From Octopus vulgaris (taxonomy: Eukaryota), in assembly GCA_951406725.2 (NCBI GenBank), contig OX597814.1, forward strand, positions 177,630,001 through 177,694,000: a stretch of DNA of 64,000 nucleotides, given 5' to 3'. Each line of letters starts with the position of its first letter. Position 1 is the first letter of the stretch. A model generated the notes under the pieces. That model searched no databases and was not told the DNA's origin. It was given only the letters and a program-made list of their open reading frames with translations. The position numbers and the translations under genes were made by a program. Shown piece by piece: positions 52,307 to 64,000 of this stretch.

Positions 52307-53567
52307 TACCAGGGACGTTCAATAAGTAATGCCTCTGACCCACTTGCAGTCATTTATATCTCTATAGAGTAAGTGGAAAATTACAGCACTGAATTAAATG
52401 TGGTGTCTGATTTACAGGTGTTTGAACCGAGTCAAGTGTTAAATGGAGCCTGTTGAGTGTCGAGCAGTGATCCGGTTTTTGTATTTGAAAGGACGCACAC
52501 CACGGGAGACTTTTGATGAAATGAAAGTAACTTATGGTGATGATGCCCCATCATATGACCTTGTAAAACGCTGGCATTGTGAATTCAAACATGGTCGGAA
52601 CTCTGTGGAAACAGCTCCCAGATCTGGTCGCCCCCTTCTGCCATTGATGAGGCATCTGTCCGTCAAGTTGAGGCTGCCATTTTGGAAGATCGACGCATAA
52701 CTATTCGCCAAATAGCCCATGAGGTCAAGATTAGTACCGGGTCTGTGGAAACTATCATTCATGACCATTTGCATATGCAAAAGGTATCTGCCAGATGGAT
52801 TCCTAGGTTGCTCACGCCTTTCCAGAAGCAAGAACGCGTCGAGTGCTCGAGGGTGAATTTGGAGATGTGCCAAGAAGATGAATCAAACTTTTTCAAAAGA
52901 CTTATTACACAGGATGAAACCTGGGTCCATCACGATGATCCAGAGACCAAAGCCCAGTCAATGCAGTGGAAGCACCGTGACTCACCCCTCGAAAGAAGGC
53001 AAGGGTGCAGCCCTCCGCTGGCAAGGTCATGCTCACAGTCTTCTGGGACCAGGACGGAGTAGTGATGACAGATTTCCTGGCAAAGGGTACCACAATTGCA
53101 GGAGCCTATTATGCTTCACTTTTGAGGAAATTATGAGAAGTTATCAAAACCAAAAGGCGGGGCAAAGATCAGCAAAGGCATCCTCCTCCTGCAGGACAAC
53201 GCTCCGGTCCACAACTCGCTTGTCGCCAGATCAGAAGCACAGGCGTATGGCTATGAACTCCTCCCCCATCCCCCTACTTTCCTGACCTTGCACCCTATGA
53301 TTTTCACCTCTTCCCAGTCATGAAGTTGTTTTTGAAAAGAAAGCGTTTCCCAGATGATGCAGCCTTGATTTCTGAAGTCGCGTTCAGGTTGGAGGACCAA
53401 GCTGGGGTCTTCTATAAAAACGGTCTCCAGAGCTGCATCAAACAATGGGAGAAATGCGTAACTCTGGGTGGTTCCTATGTAGAAAAGACTAATAACTGTG
53501 CCAAGTTTCGTTGCTCTACTGCTATGGGAAGTGGGTCAGGGGCATTACTTATTGAACGCCATTCGTA
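52307..53567 (+). mobile_element. Full-length mariner (irritans-like) element
   Basis: TA TSDs; ~37-bp TIRs ccagggacgttcaataagtaatgcctctgacccactt / aagtgggtcaggggcattacttattgaacgccattcg. Confidence 0.95.
52443..53492 (+). pseudogene. Mariner transposase pseudogene
   Basis: MEPVECRAVIRFLYLKG...RSGRP, WIPRLL, ITQDETW, LLQDNAPVH and PDLAPYDFHLF spread over several frames; frameshifts and an internal stop. Confidence 0.93.
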
Positions 53568-53645
53568 GGTCCTGACTTTTCGTACAAACACTTATTTGTA
53601 GTAGCTGCTACGTATCTAAACTCTTGTTCGTAGTTTCAAGGAAAA

Positions 53646-53950
53646 TTACACCATTGTCACTAAACACTATTTTAGAGTGCGATTTTTATGGCTTGGGAAT
53701 TGCTCTAAACGTATTTGACAGTAAATGTGTTTGAAATTCAGTATTTTTATATTTTTAAAGTAATAATAAAATTAGTCGAATCTATTTTCATGCAGTCGGA
53801 TTGCGCTAAGTTTTCATAGCTCCGACGGCCGACGGACTGAACATATTTTATTAATATCTGAAAAAATAATAAGTTTCCAATATTTTTATAGTAGAGTGTT
53901 ATGAGATGTAATATTGTAAGAAAGAACGTGTTCAATACACATTTCAGTTC
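53646..53950. mobile_element. Degenerate copy of the MITE at 54600-55023
   Basis: ttacaccattgtcactaaacac...gtgcgatttttatg...ctattttcatgcagtcg, then a decayed inverted arm. Confidence 0.65.
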
Positions 53951-54121
53951 CGAACGTTATGAACCACGTGTTACAGTTAAATTACTTGATACAGTTATAA
54001 TATTTCGAGAAAGATTTTTTCAAAATCTTTATTTTGGAAATTACTTTTGGAAATAGTTATAACATTTAGAGAAATAGTTTTTCAAAATGTTAGGATTAAA
54101 AAAGAAGAGTGATTGAATAGT

Positions 54122-54457
54122 TGGGACCCCCTTCGCTCATGACTGACCGTGGGTTTGCACCTAGAAAGATACCCTCCCAGGCACAAGTCTGGGCAAGATT
54201 GTTTATAGAAGACCAGCAGTCGCTCATGCATGCCGGCCTTCCCTCTCCACGCCACCAGTGTTATCCAATGAAAGGCAAAGGGGCCGATACAGCTTGGCAC
54301 CTGTGACGTCGCAACTTATTTCTACAGCTGAGTGAACTGGAGCAACGTGAAATAAAGTGTCTTGCTCAAGAACACAACACACAGCCTGATCCGGGATTCG
54401 AACTCACAACCTCACGATCGTAAGCTCGACGCTCTAACCACAGAGCCATAAGCCTTC
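54122..54457 (-). mobile_element. tRNA-derived SINE (family C head and core, different tail)
   Basis: Minus strand tggctctgtggttagagcg...gagttcgaatccc (clear B box), core tgtgttcttgagcaagacactttatttcacgttgctccag. Confidence 0.85.
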
Positions 54458-54599
54458 TTTGAATAGTGAGAGCGGGGCAAAGCATGAGGGATAGTAGAAA
54501 TGTCATTGAATAGTGAGAGGCGGGGTCGGAGGAGTAAAATTGAAAAGTATGACACAGTGACACACTGATATTGACCTTTGCATTTATTATTATAGATTA

Positions 54600-55023
54600 C
54601 ACGACTTTCGCTAAACACCATTTTAAAGTGCGATTTTTATGTTGTTGAATTGCTCTAAACGAATTTGACCATAAAAATGTCGGAAATTTAGTATTTTTAA
54701 ATATAATAATAAAAATAGTCGAACCTATTTTCATGCAGTCGAATGCGTAAAGTTTCCGAGATTTTTATACTTTTTACGTCTGCAATTTTAGAAATCTACG
54801 CATGCGTAAATTATCAGATGACAGTACATTCAATAGCATCTTCATACACGCAACGGCGTAAACAGACATAAGAATAGCTACGACGGCCGACGACATGAAA
54901 ATAGGTCCGACAAATTTTATTAATATCTTTAAAAAATGCTAAATATCCAACATTTTCATGATCAAATTCGTATAAAAATCGCATAAAAATCACACTTTAT
55001 GACAGTGTTTAGCGAATATGGTG
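54600..55023. mobile_element. MITE with ~140-bp imperfect terminal inverted repeats and TA flanks
   Basis: TA|cacgactttcgctaaacac...cctattttcatg versus catgaaaatagg...gtgtttagcgaatatggtg|TA. Confidence 0.75.
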
Positions 55024-55707
55024 TAATTGTGATGTCCACCGAAGACTAATAATATTTTGTTTTCAAAATGACACCGATAGAAAAATTGAAAAGATCGCAA
55101 CCGCTTAAGAGAGACTGAAGAGAAGTAGTAAAGATGTGTGTATGCGTGAGAGAGAGAGAGAGAGAGAGAGAGGAAGAGAGAGAGAGAGAGATGGTTATGT
55201 GAGAGTTCAATACGTAATATATATACGTATGTGAAAGAGAAATTCCAAAGTGACACTGAAGGAGACATGGAAAAGACCGCAACCAGTTAAGAGAGAGTGA
55301 GTAGGAGAGGTAACATTCTCTGCAATTCGTCAATTACCACTTCTCACACTACAGCGCTCAGTAAGAGAAAGAGATTGTAAGCATGAGGAATAGTAGGAGT
55401 GTCACTGAATAGTTTCCGAGATTTTCCGGGTTATTCGTTTTGTCGGATTTTACCAGACTGGAAATATACCGGTTAATTTTCGTGAATCCCATATTGATGT
55501 TGACACTCTCCCCCATATCCACGGTTACTCACGCCAAGTTTGATGGAAATCGGTCCAGTGGTCACGGCAGAGTTTGGTAACAAATTTTGTCACAGACAGA
55601 CACACACAGCGCAATTATATTATAGATATATTCATATACATTATATCCCTTTACTCCTTTACCTATTACTAGTTTCAGTTATTGGACTGTGATGATACTG
55701 AAGCAAC

Positions 55708-56078
55708 ATATATTTATATACATTATATATATACATTATATATGTATATTATATACATTATATATGTAATTATATACATTATATATACATTATATATGTA
55801 ATTTATATACATTATATATACATTATATATGTATATTATATACATTATATATGTATATTATATACATTATATATGTATATCATATACAGTATATATGTAC
55901 ATCATATACATTATATATATACGTTATATATATATATATGTACATTAAATAATAATAATAATTGTCTCTAATTTAATATAATATTTATGTACATTATATA
56001 TATATATTTATGTACATTATATATATATTTATGTACATTATATATATATTTATGTACATTATTTATATATTTATGTAC

Positions 56079-56118
<40 letters not shown>

Positions 56119-56130
56119 CATTATATATAC
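55708..56130. repeat. AT-rich minisatellite (tatacattata variants)
   Basis: Seen directly. Confidence 0.9.
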
Positions 56131-57692
56131 ACATGGAAGCAGTTTCGTTTCGTTCACAGGATTTCTCGTTTCATTGCTTTCATTATTTCATTTCTTGTTT
56201 CATTTGCGCGAATTTACGAGAAATCCCGTGAAGGAAAGGAAACTGTTTTCCAAAATGGAGGCGAATACCTTTCTCCATGTGATCAGTTTTAAAAAAATTA
56301 AGACACTAGGATGTTTTCCTACTCTTCTTAACATGAAACCAATGGTAGCCTTAATTCACACATAAACTCGTAGAGTAAAACAGGAACCAAATTAGTCCGC
56401 AGGCAAAGAATGGTTGAGAACTACTAATGAAAAACTGTAAAAGTAGAAAGCTGAATAAGCAATATTGGAACGCCTGATCCTATTGGTTTGGACAATACTA
56501 ATCTAAAAACAACAACACTTATAGAATTAGAATGGATGTAATGCAACAACAAAAACAGCACCAACGAATAATAGAAGAACGAATTATGACAAGCACGAAA
56601 GAACTAGAGTAATTAAAGTCATTCTAATAAAATTAACGTATCTGCGTAATGCACTTTTCAATCCGTCAAGAATCAAGTGCAAAGCAAACAGAAAAACAAA
56701 ATTACATCGCATACTTCCACTCAAAGATAATACACATCTCCACTGACAGAGAAATAGAAAAGGATGAGGGAGTGAGAGAAAGAGAGAGAAAAGGAAATAA
56801 AGAAAAAGAAAAGGAGACAGCGCGAGAGCAGTACATACGACATAAGTGTGTTTACATAAACTATATATTAGAATTGACGTGATATTGAAATTATTAGTAT
56901 GGTAGATAAATAAAAGCTTAATGAAAATGGTCGAAAAATAACACACGTACACAAGTACAAACACACTTATACACTTAAGCACAGGCACTCACGCACAGTT
57001 ACACACACACACACACACACACAACACATACACATGCACATACACAAGTGTGTATTTTAGGTGCCTGGTGATCTACTGAACGACGTCTGCAAAAATATGT
57101 CATAATGAATTCAAATTTCTCCCTTAGTTGAGGAAGAAAACAAAGAAAAACAGAACTATTAATATATGTTAGTAAATCTCAAATTAAAAGTGAGATAATT
57201 TTCCCAAAATTAGAATTAATTTCACAGATAAATTTCATGCATACCTAATTTTCCGACCCTTGATAGTAATCGAGGTCAAATCTACTAACATAGTTTGATG
57301 TTATTAGAATTCAGGAATGAAATCTAATATGCGCTTAACTTTGTTGATCACAAGGAGAAAAAGTGATGCCAAAATTTATGGACAGTATCAGGTATATTGT
57401 TTCATATCTTTTGTTAAGAACGAGGGTGTGTAAGTGTGCCTATGTGCATCTGTATACAGATACATATATACACACACACACAAACAAACACAGATATATA
57501 TGTACACTCGTCTATAGGCGTATGTAAGTGTAGACACACATAAATACATACGTACATACATAATTTATTTGCCCCCCCAGTCCAAAATGGAGACGAACAC
57601 CAGTTTCTCCAAGTGATCGGTTTGAAAAATTGTACACAAACGATGTTTATCAACCATGCGGTGTTGAGCACTTATTCTCGTTGTTCGACAGT

Positions 57693-57761
<69 letters not shown>

Positions 57762-57774
57762 ATGTATATATATA

Positions 57775-57975
57775 GTTAATCCAAACATGAAAACAAAGAG
57801 AAAACACAACGCGAGGACGTGGAAAAAGTATAGAGTCATTGGACGCTCAGGAAAGGAAAGAAAGGAGGAGGATTTAACGTTTCGAGCGGAGCTCTTCGTC
57901 GGAAACATAGAAAAAGGAAAGGTCCAAGGAAGAGAAGGCGGAGAAAGAACATCGCCAACGATACACGCGCTGTCA
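57775..57975 (-). mobile_element. Penelope-like repeat (family P2) with a hammerhead motif at 57872-57906
   Basis: gttt CCGACGA a gagc-tcc-gctc GAAA CGTT aaat; inserted next to (TA)n. Confidence 0.75.
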
Positions 57976-58627
57976 CACACACAGACATAGACACACACAC
58001 ACACATATATATATATTTATATAAAAATATATATATGCTTTGACATTGGTATACATAAATATATACATACATGTATGTGTGTGTATGTGCGCAAACACAC
58101 GCTATATGCGCGCGCACACATGCAAACACACACTCTCTCTACACACTCACACTCGTGTAGCATATTCCAAATAACGAGACCTCTTATAAACTAGGTAATA
58201 GAGGCCAAATTAGTATAATTTCTTCAGAATTTTATTAACATTCCTCGACAGAAGGCTAACGTTTACCAGTTACGAAGTCAAATAATATTTAGATTGTCAT
58301 CAGCTATATCAGGTATTGCATTCGGTAGTATAGAAAGAAATAACGGAGGGAAACAAAACAGATATGAACATGTTAATTGAATCTACATGCGTAATTAATG
58401 ATAATAATTCATCCGCCCACACGAACATGCATACAAACACACACGAATATATAATGCCTCTACATCGATATATATTTAATTTCTTTTTGTATAATTTTAT
58501 CTATTTGCATGTTCTTCAGTTAATACTCTTCTATGCTCTATATGCAAAAACAATTATTAAACATCATACATGTAATATATTTTGCCGTATATGTGTAGTC
58601 CGTGAAGGGTATGAATCTTTCGGCTGT

Positions 58628-58920
58628 ACATATATGAATATATATATATACATATATATACACACATATATATACACATATATACACATATATATATATA
58701 TACACATATATGTATATATACACATATATACATATATATACATATATACATATATATACATATACATATATATAAACATATACATATATATAAACATATA
58801 CATATATATATACATATATATACATATACACATATATATATACATATCTATATATACATATCTATATATGCATATCTATATAAGTACACACATATCTATC
58901 TATCTATCTATATATATATA
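58628..58920. repeat. (TA)/(CA)-rich low-complexity repeat
   Basis: Seen directly. Confidence 0.9.
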
Positions 58921-59177
58921 AATGTAATTATATATTTATAGACATACACATTCATAGGTATGTATTCGTACATATTGAATAAATTTAGCTTCTACTTACG
59001 GTTTGCAGACTGCTTCAACTTCACGCCATCATCTGTGAATAATAAAAGAAAAGAATACGTTACTAATATGATACCGGTCAGCAAGGGAATAGACAACATT
59101 AAACGGGTATATTAAACATGATAAATCTCCGTACTAAAGAAAAAAAACAGAATTTTTGTAGAACATTATATCGAGTA

Positions 59178-59548
59178 GGGGCAGGCGTGACAGTGTGGTA
59201 AGAAGCTTTCCTCCCAACCACATGTTTCCGGGTTCAGTTCGATTGCGTGACACCTTGGGCAAGTGTCTCCTACTATAGTGTCGGGTCGGTTGACTAAAAC
59301 TGAAATAGATGTGTATGTGTGTGTTTGTGTGTTTGAGTCTGTATTTGCACCCCCCCGCCCCACGCCGATTGGCAACTGATGCTGGTATGTTTATGTCCCC
59401 GTAACGTAACAAAAGAAACCGATAGAATAAGTACTGGGCTTACAAAGAATAAGACCGACCCAAATCGATTTCTTCGACTAAGACACTTTCAGGCGGTGCT
59501 CCAGCATGGCCGCAGTCGAATGACTGAACTGAAACAAGTAAAAGAGAG
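59178..59548 (+). mobile_element. SINE family A
   Basis: Head gcaggcgtgacagtgtggtaag...ccgggttcag; tail aggcggtgctccagcatggccgcagtc...aagtaaaagag. Confidence 0.88.
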
Positions 59549-60605
59549 CCTAGAACAATAGCAGTTAACCACAGAATTTCTGATTTATAAGTACCTAAAC
59601 CAACAGCTAAATAAATATTTGCTTTATTTAAAAACAGACATTTCTACACACAACCTGTATAATAGCATTTTCAATAGAAGAGCAATTAAAATCTAATTCC
59701 CAATTCTTCATTCTGTTCAAACTATAAGCTCTTCTATCCTATCTAACGTAATTACACAAGCTATTCTTTGATAACAGCGTCAAGTCTTCGAAGTAACCCC
59801 TCGACTCTTATTTATTAAGGTTAAATATAGTTTGCTAGTCTAATGTTCAAAACTACTATTCATCGAATGTTTATCAAGGCCTTACAGCTATTCTCTTTAC
59901 ATTCACTATCACAAGCATATGAGTATTTTGTAGATTTCACTGGAACATCTATTACTCCACTCACTTGTATTTAACGCCTATGAAATTCTAATACACATAC
60001 GCTAGCATGTAAAAGTTGTTTCAGGTTAAAGCTTATCTACCTTTGCGGTATATTGAAGTAATTTCCTTGAGAGATTTATAATTGAATAGACCTTACGAAG
60101 TTAATGCGATCAAGCGGACGTTTCTTAACGGAGTTTTCATGACATCAGGTGAGGGTGAGCACAAGAACATTACCGAATAGGACGCCGCTGAAAGGCAGCT
60201 TTAAGGCATTTCTTCTATAACCATAACAGACGTACTAAGAGAAACAAAGAAATCTCTTCGATATCTCTACAAACAATTAGGCGCTTTAATCTTTAAGGTG
60301 GAAGAATAAGTTTGTCTAGAATCTCGATAAATGCCTAAGTGACAATCCGCATAAGGTTGGGTTTCTGGAAAACAGAAATCAACCAGGTACATTACAAATA
60401 CAATCTTTATGTGGAAGAGTAAAAATATGCAAGACTTTTCTCAAGTTGAAGACATGAATTTGTTCTTGTTATTTACATTCCAACGCCGAAATCATATATG
60501 TATGTATGTATGTGTGTGCGTGTATGTGTTTGTGTATGTATGTATGTATGTATGTATGTATGTATGTATGTATGTATGTATGTGTGCGCGTGTTTCGTTA
60601 GGTAC

Positions 60606-60640
<35 letters not shown>

Positions 60641-61250
60641 GATATGCACGCACGCACATATTTCGTGGTAACCGAACCGAGGACCATAGTTAGCTAGCGG
60701 ACACATTTGAGCGGCTGTCAAAATGCTATACATTTAATTACGTCCCTTTAACTTATATTCTACACAAATGGATATAATACAATATCAGTGAGGTATGACA
60801 CGTGCAAACTCATGGCCAATGCCTTCCACAGGATTTATGGCCGTAAGCTTGTGATAAATATCAATACAAAGGAAAAAAATACGTACATTGCCTGATAAAC
60901 AGATGGAGTCAGAGACGGAAGAGAGATATAGACCAAGAGAGAGAGAGAGAGTGAACGAGTGAGTAATAGAAGAACATATAGAAGTTAGTAAAAGGATAAA
61001 GAATGATATCTCTAGAGTGCGGAGGAGATATAGAGATAGAGATGTGTACGAGCAGATGCATATTCGGGTACAGAAAGTAAAATATAATTTGAAGAAACAT
61101 ATATTAAAAATGTATGTAATAATTCATTCTTTGAAACAAAATTTACCCAATATTTACATGATATTATTTATAGCTATATATGCTTTTGGATCATCTGTGT
61201 GTGTATGTGCGTATGTGCATATGTGTGTATGTGTGTGTGTGTATTTATGC

Positions 61251-61445
61251 AAGCTCATGGCCTAGCTGTAAGGGTGTTGCACTCATGATCTAGCGTTCGT
61301 AGGTTCGATAACCGGACAGAGCGGCGAGATGTGTTTCTGAGCAAAACATTTCTTATCACATTACTCTGCCCACTCATCGATAAATGTGTAACCCTCGACA
61401 GTATAGATTCCTGATCGAGGAGGATGATGTTACCAGCTCGCCTAG
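61251..61445 (+). mobile_element. Degenerate SINE family C
   Basis: catggcctagctgtaaggg...ggttcgata...ctgagcaaaacatttc; homologous to 22621. Confidence 0.6.
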
Positions 61446-61578
61446 CGAGCGAGGAGGTATCATGCGAAAGTTAAACAGATGCACAACACATTGTGACCAG
61501 CGATGAATAAATAAATCAATATGATAGTCTGACCGATCATGATATGTCTTGATATACGTACATACATGCATACATACA

Positions 61579-61610
<32 letters not shown>

Positions 61611-61611
61611 C

Positions 61612-62015
61612 ACTCTTTTACTCTTTTACTTGTTTCAGTCATTTGACTGCGGCCATGCTGGATCACCGCCTTTAGTAGAGCAACTCGACCCCGGGACTTA
61701 TTCTTTTTGTAAGCCCAGTACTTATTCTATCGGTCTCTTTTTGCCGAACCGCTAAGTGACGGGGACGTAAACACACCAGCATCGGTTGTCGAGCAATGCT
61801 AGGGGAACAAACAGACACACAAATACACACACACACATATATATATACATATATACGACAGGCTTCTTTCAGTTTCCATCTACCAAATCCACTCACAAGG
61901 CATTGGTCGGTCCAGGGATATAGCAGAAGACACTTGCCCAAGATGCCACGCAGTGGGACTGAACCCGGAACCATGTGGTTGGTTAGCAAGCTACTTACCA
62001 CACAGCCACTCCTGA
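61612..62015 (-). mobile_element. SINE family A, full length, followed by a partial copy to ~62140
   Basis: Reverse complement of the 4577-4970 family, low divergence. Confidence 0.92.
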
Positions 62016-63082
62016 CGTATACATATTTGACTGGGGCCATGCTGGAGCATTGCCTTTTAGCCGAAGAAATTGACCCTTAGACTTATTCTTTGTAAGCCTG
62101 GTACTTATTCTGTCCGTCTCTTTTGCCGAACCGCTAAGCTATATATTGGTGATAAGTATAGGATTTCTCCAAACCTTTACCTGTGCAGTAGAAACATATG
62201 TGGGTCTATTTAAAGTTGTATAAAAAAAGGAATTAAAGGTTATACTAATGCTACTTCGTAATAATCCTTAATTATATATATATGTGTGTGTGTATGTGTA
62301 TATATGTATATTTGAGAGAGAGAGAAAGAGCTTTGTAAAAATTACTTGATATAATTTCGATAATTAGAAAAAAGATCTTAAAAAAAGTTATTACTATTTG
62401 AAAAAGTATTTTATATAACAGAACAGCACTAATCCTTGTCGAAATAGTTTGTGTATAGTGTGTATTTTATTTCTCGTGTGCATTTTGTGTGTAAGCATTG
62501 TTGTTGTTCAGCTTCTCAAACACACTTTCCGAGCTAATTGCACATAGAGAAAGTTGTTGTTTTTTGTTTTTGTAACGGTGTTAACTACTTCCGGTTTAGT
62601 TCTGAATTAGATTCCTTATAAAGTTACAAGCAGTGACTTGTCGAAAATGTAAAAGCGCTGGACCGGATGCTCTGTAGTATTTGCTACGGCTCTTTACATT
62701 TTGCGTTCAAATCCAGGCATGGTTTACATGCATGTTAGAATTACTTTATCACCCGGTTTAATACCACTACCTGGTAGAAATAAAAGCGTTCCTCCAAAGG
62801 CAGAAATACACTTAAGGGTATATAAATCATGAAATAATCAAAGCATAGTCGTGCTAAGGTTATGGCATAAATATAAATATCATTTGTAGTCATGAATATT
62901 CCATTTGTGGTCAGCCATACTGTGTAAGTGTGCTTGTGTTATGTGAGTACAAAAGAAGTTAAAATGAGTTAGAACGAATAGAGTTCCAAAGAATAAAGAA
63001 AATATATTTAAAGAATATTCGGAGTTTTCTTACATGCATCGTATTGAAGATGTTTAGTCAGTTTATACACCTGCACAAACAA

Positions 63083-63315
63083 AAGGCGGCGAGCTGGCAG
63101 AAATGTTAGAGCGGCGGGAGAAATGCCTAGCTGTATCTCGTCTGTCGTTACGTTCTGAGTTCAAATTCCGCCGAGGTCGGCTTTGCCTTTCATCCTTTCG
63201 GGGTCGATAAATAAAGTACCAGTTTCGCACTGAGGTCGATGTAATGGACTTAATCCCTTTGTCTGTCCGTGTTTGTCCCCTCTATGTTTAGTCCCTTGTG
63301 GGCAGTAAAGAAATA
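63083..63315 (+). mobile_element. SINE family B, full length
   Basis: aaggcggcgagctggcagaa...gagttcaaattcc...cctttcatcctttcggggtcgataaa...tgtttgtcccctct...gtaaagaaata. Confidence 0.92.
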
Positions 63316-64000
63316 TATACACAAGCAATAGGGCCTAGACAAACAAAGATTGAAATATAGAGACGCGGAAAGAGAGAGAGAGAGAAGGAAAGAGAGATGG
63401 TAGAAATAGAGGGAGGGAAGGGAATGGAGAGGGAAAGGGAGAGATATAGGGAAAAACAAATGCATACAGAGCGGCAGAAGTGGAGAAGGAGAAATGGAGA
63501 TTAGGTGTGTTGGTTGGGAGACTACTCGCATACACATAAACATTCGTACAATGTCACAAATACTAACACATGCAAACACAGACGCATATATATATCTATA
63601 TACACATACTGTTCGTATATTTCGAGGTTTATAGATAGTTACATTTAAAAAAAAAAAATTGTTTAAGTAGATGGAATTGTAATTCTGGTAATTGACGGCA
63701 TTATGAAGATGAGACGGTTTCATTTTAATGGTACAGGAGTGTTGTACTCTCTGAAATTACAACAATCCTTAAAAACACATTAAATGTATGTAATGTATTT
63801 CTGAAGAAACTTAACTTTATAGTTTAAAATGAAGGAAGACATGGGAATATTAAAGTGGAATTCCTTAAAAGGAAAAACGAAAAGAAAATATTTGTCTGAA
63901 TTTCTCGAAATAGCAGTTAATTCCTCCTCAAATCACACCTTTGCCAACTAAATTAGAATTTCACATGGAATCATCATCGTGTTCGTCCGTGGAACTTTAA

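Larger units (their letters stand above)
51973..55626 (-). mobile_element. Non-autonomous Helitron-like element with nested insertions
   Basis: Minus strand begins A|TCtataatataattgcgctgtgtgtgtctgtctg... and ends ...gcccgatagggt(hairpin)cgcctttaagCTAG|T; A-T insertion site, no TSD; ccaagtttgatggaaatcggtccag near the 5' end resembles Lep1-type Helitrons. Confidence 0.7.

Noticed and set aside
54385-54457. tRNA-like sequence with A and B boxes
   Set aside because: No intact acceptor stem; continues into a SINE body, so it is a SINE head rather than a tRNA gene
60115-60152. Minus-strand CTGATG...GAAACGTC
   Set aside because: Core mismatch and neither stem I nor stem II pairs

Overview
AT-rich, microsatellite-dense eukaryotic non-coding DNA (large intron or gene desert). 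The SINE families and the (TA)n/(TACA)n/(TAA)n load suggest a coleoid cephalopod, probably Octopus; this is inferred from pattern recognition, not a database match. No intact host protein-coding gene is supportable, and almost all listed ORFs are microsatellite or transposon artefacts. Supported content: three tRNA-derived SINE families in many copies; three dead mariner elements; a ~3.65 kb non-autonomous Helitron-like element nesting a mariner, a SINE and a MITE; and fragments of R4/Dong-type (REL endonuclease), CR1-like and Tx1/L1-like LINEs. It also holds a degenerate U6 snRNA copy and six minimal hammerhead-ribozyme motifs in short Penelope-like repeats, all on the minus strand. Most notable are the hammerhead-bearing repeats (covarying stems, strand bias, one plus-strand copy starting at the predicted cleavage site) and two REL-retroelement lineages tied to different microsatellites, (TAA)n versus (CATA)n. 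Boundaries of degenerate repeats are approximate.
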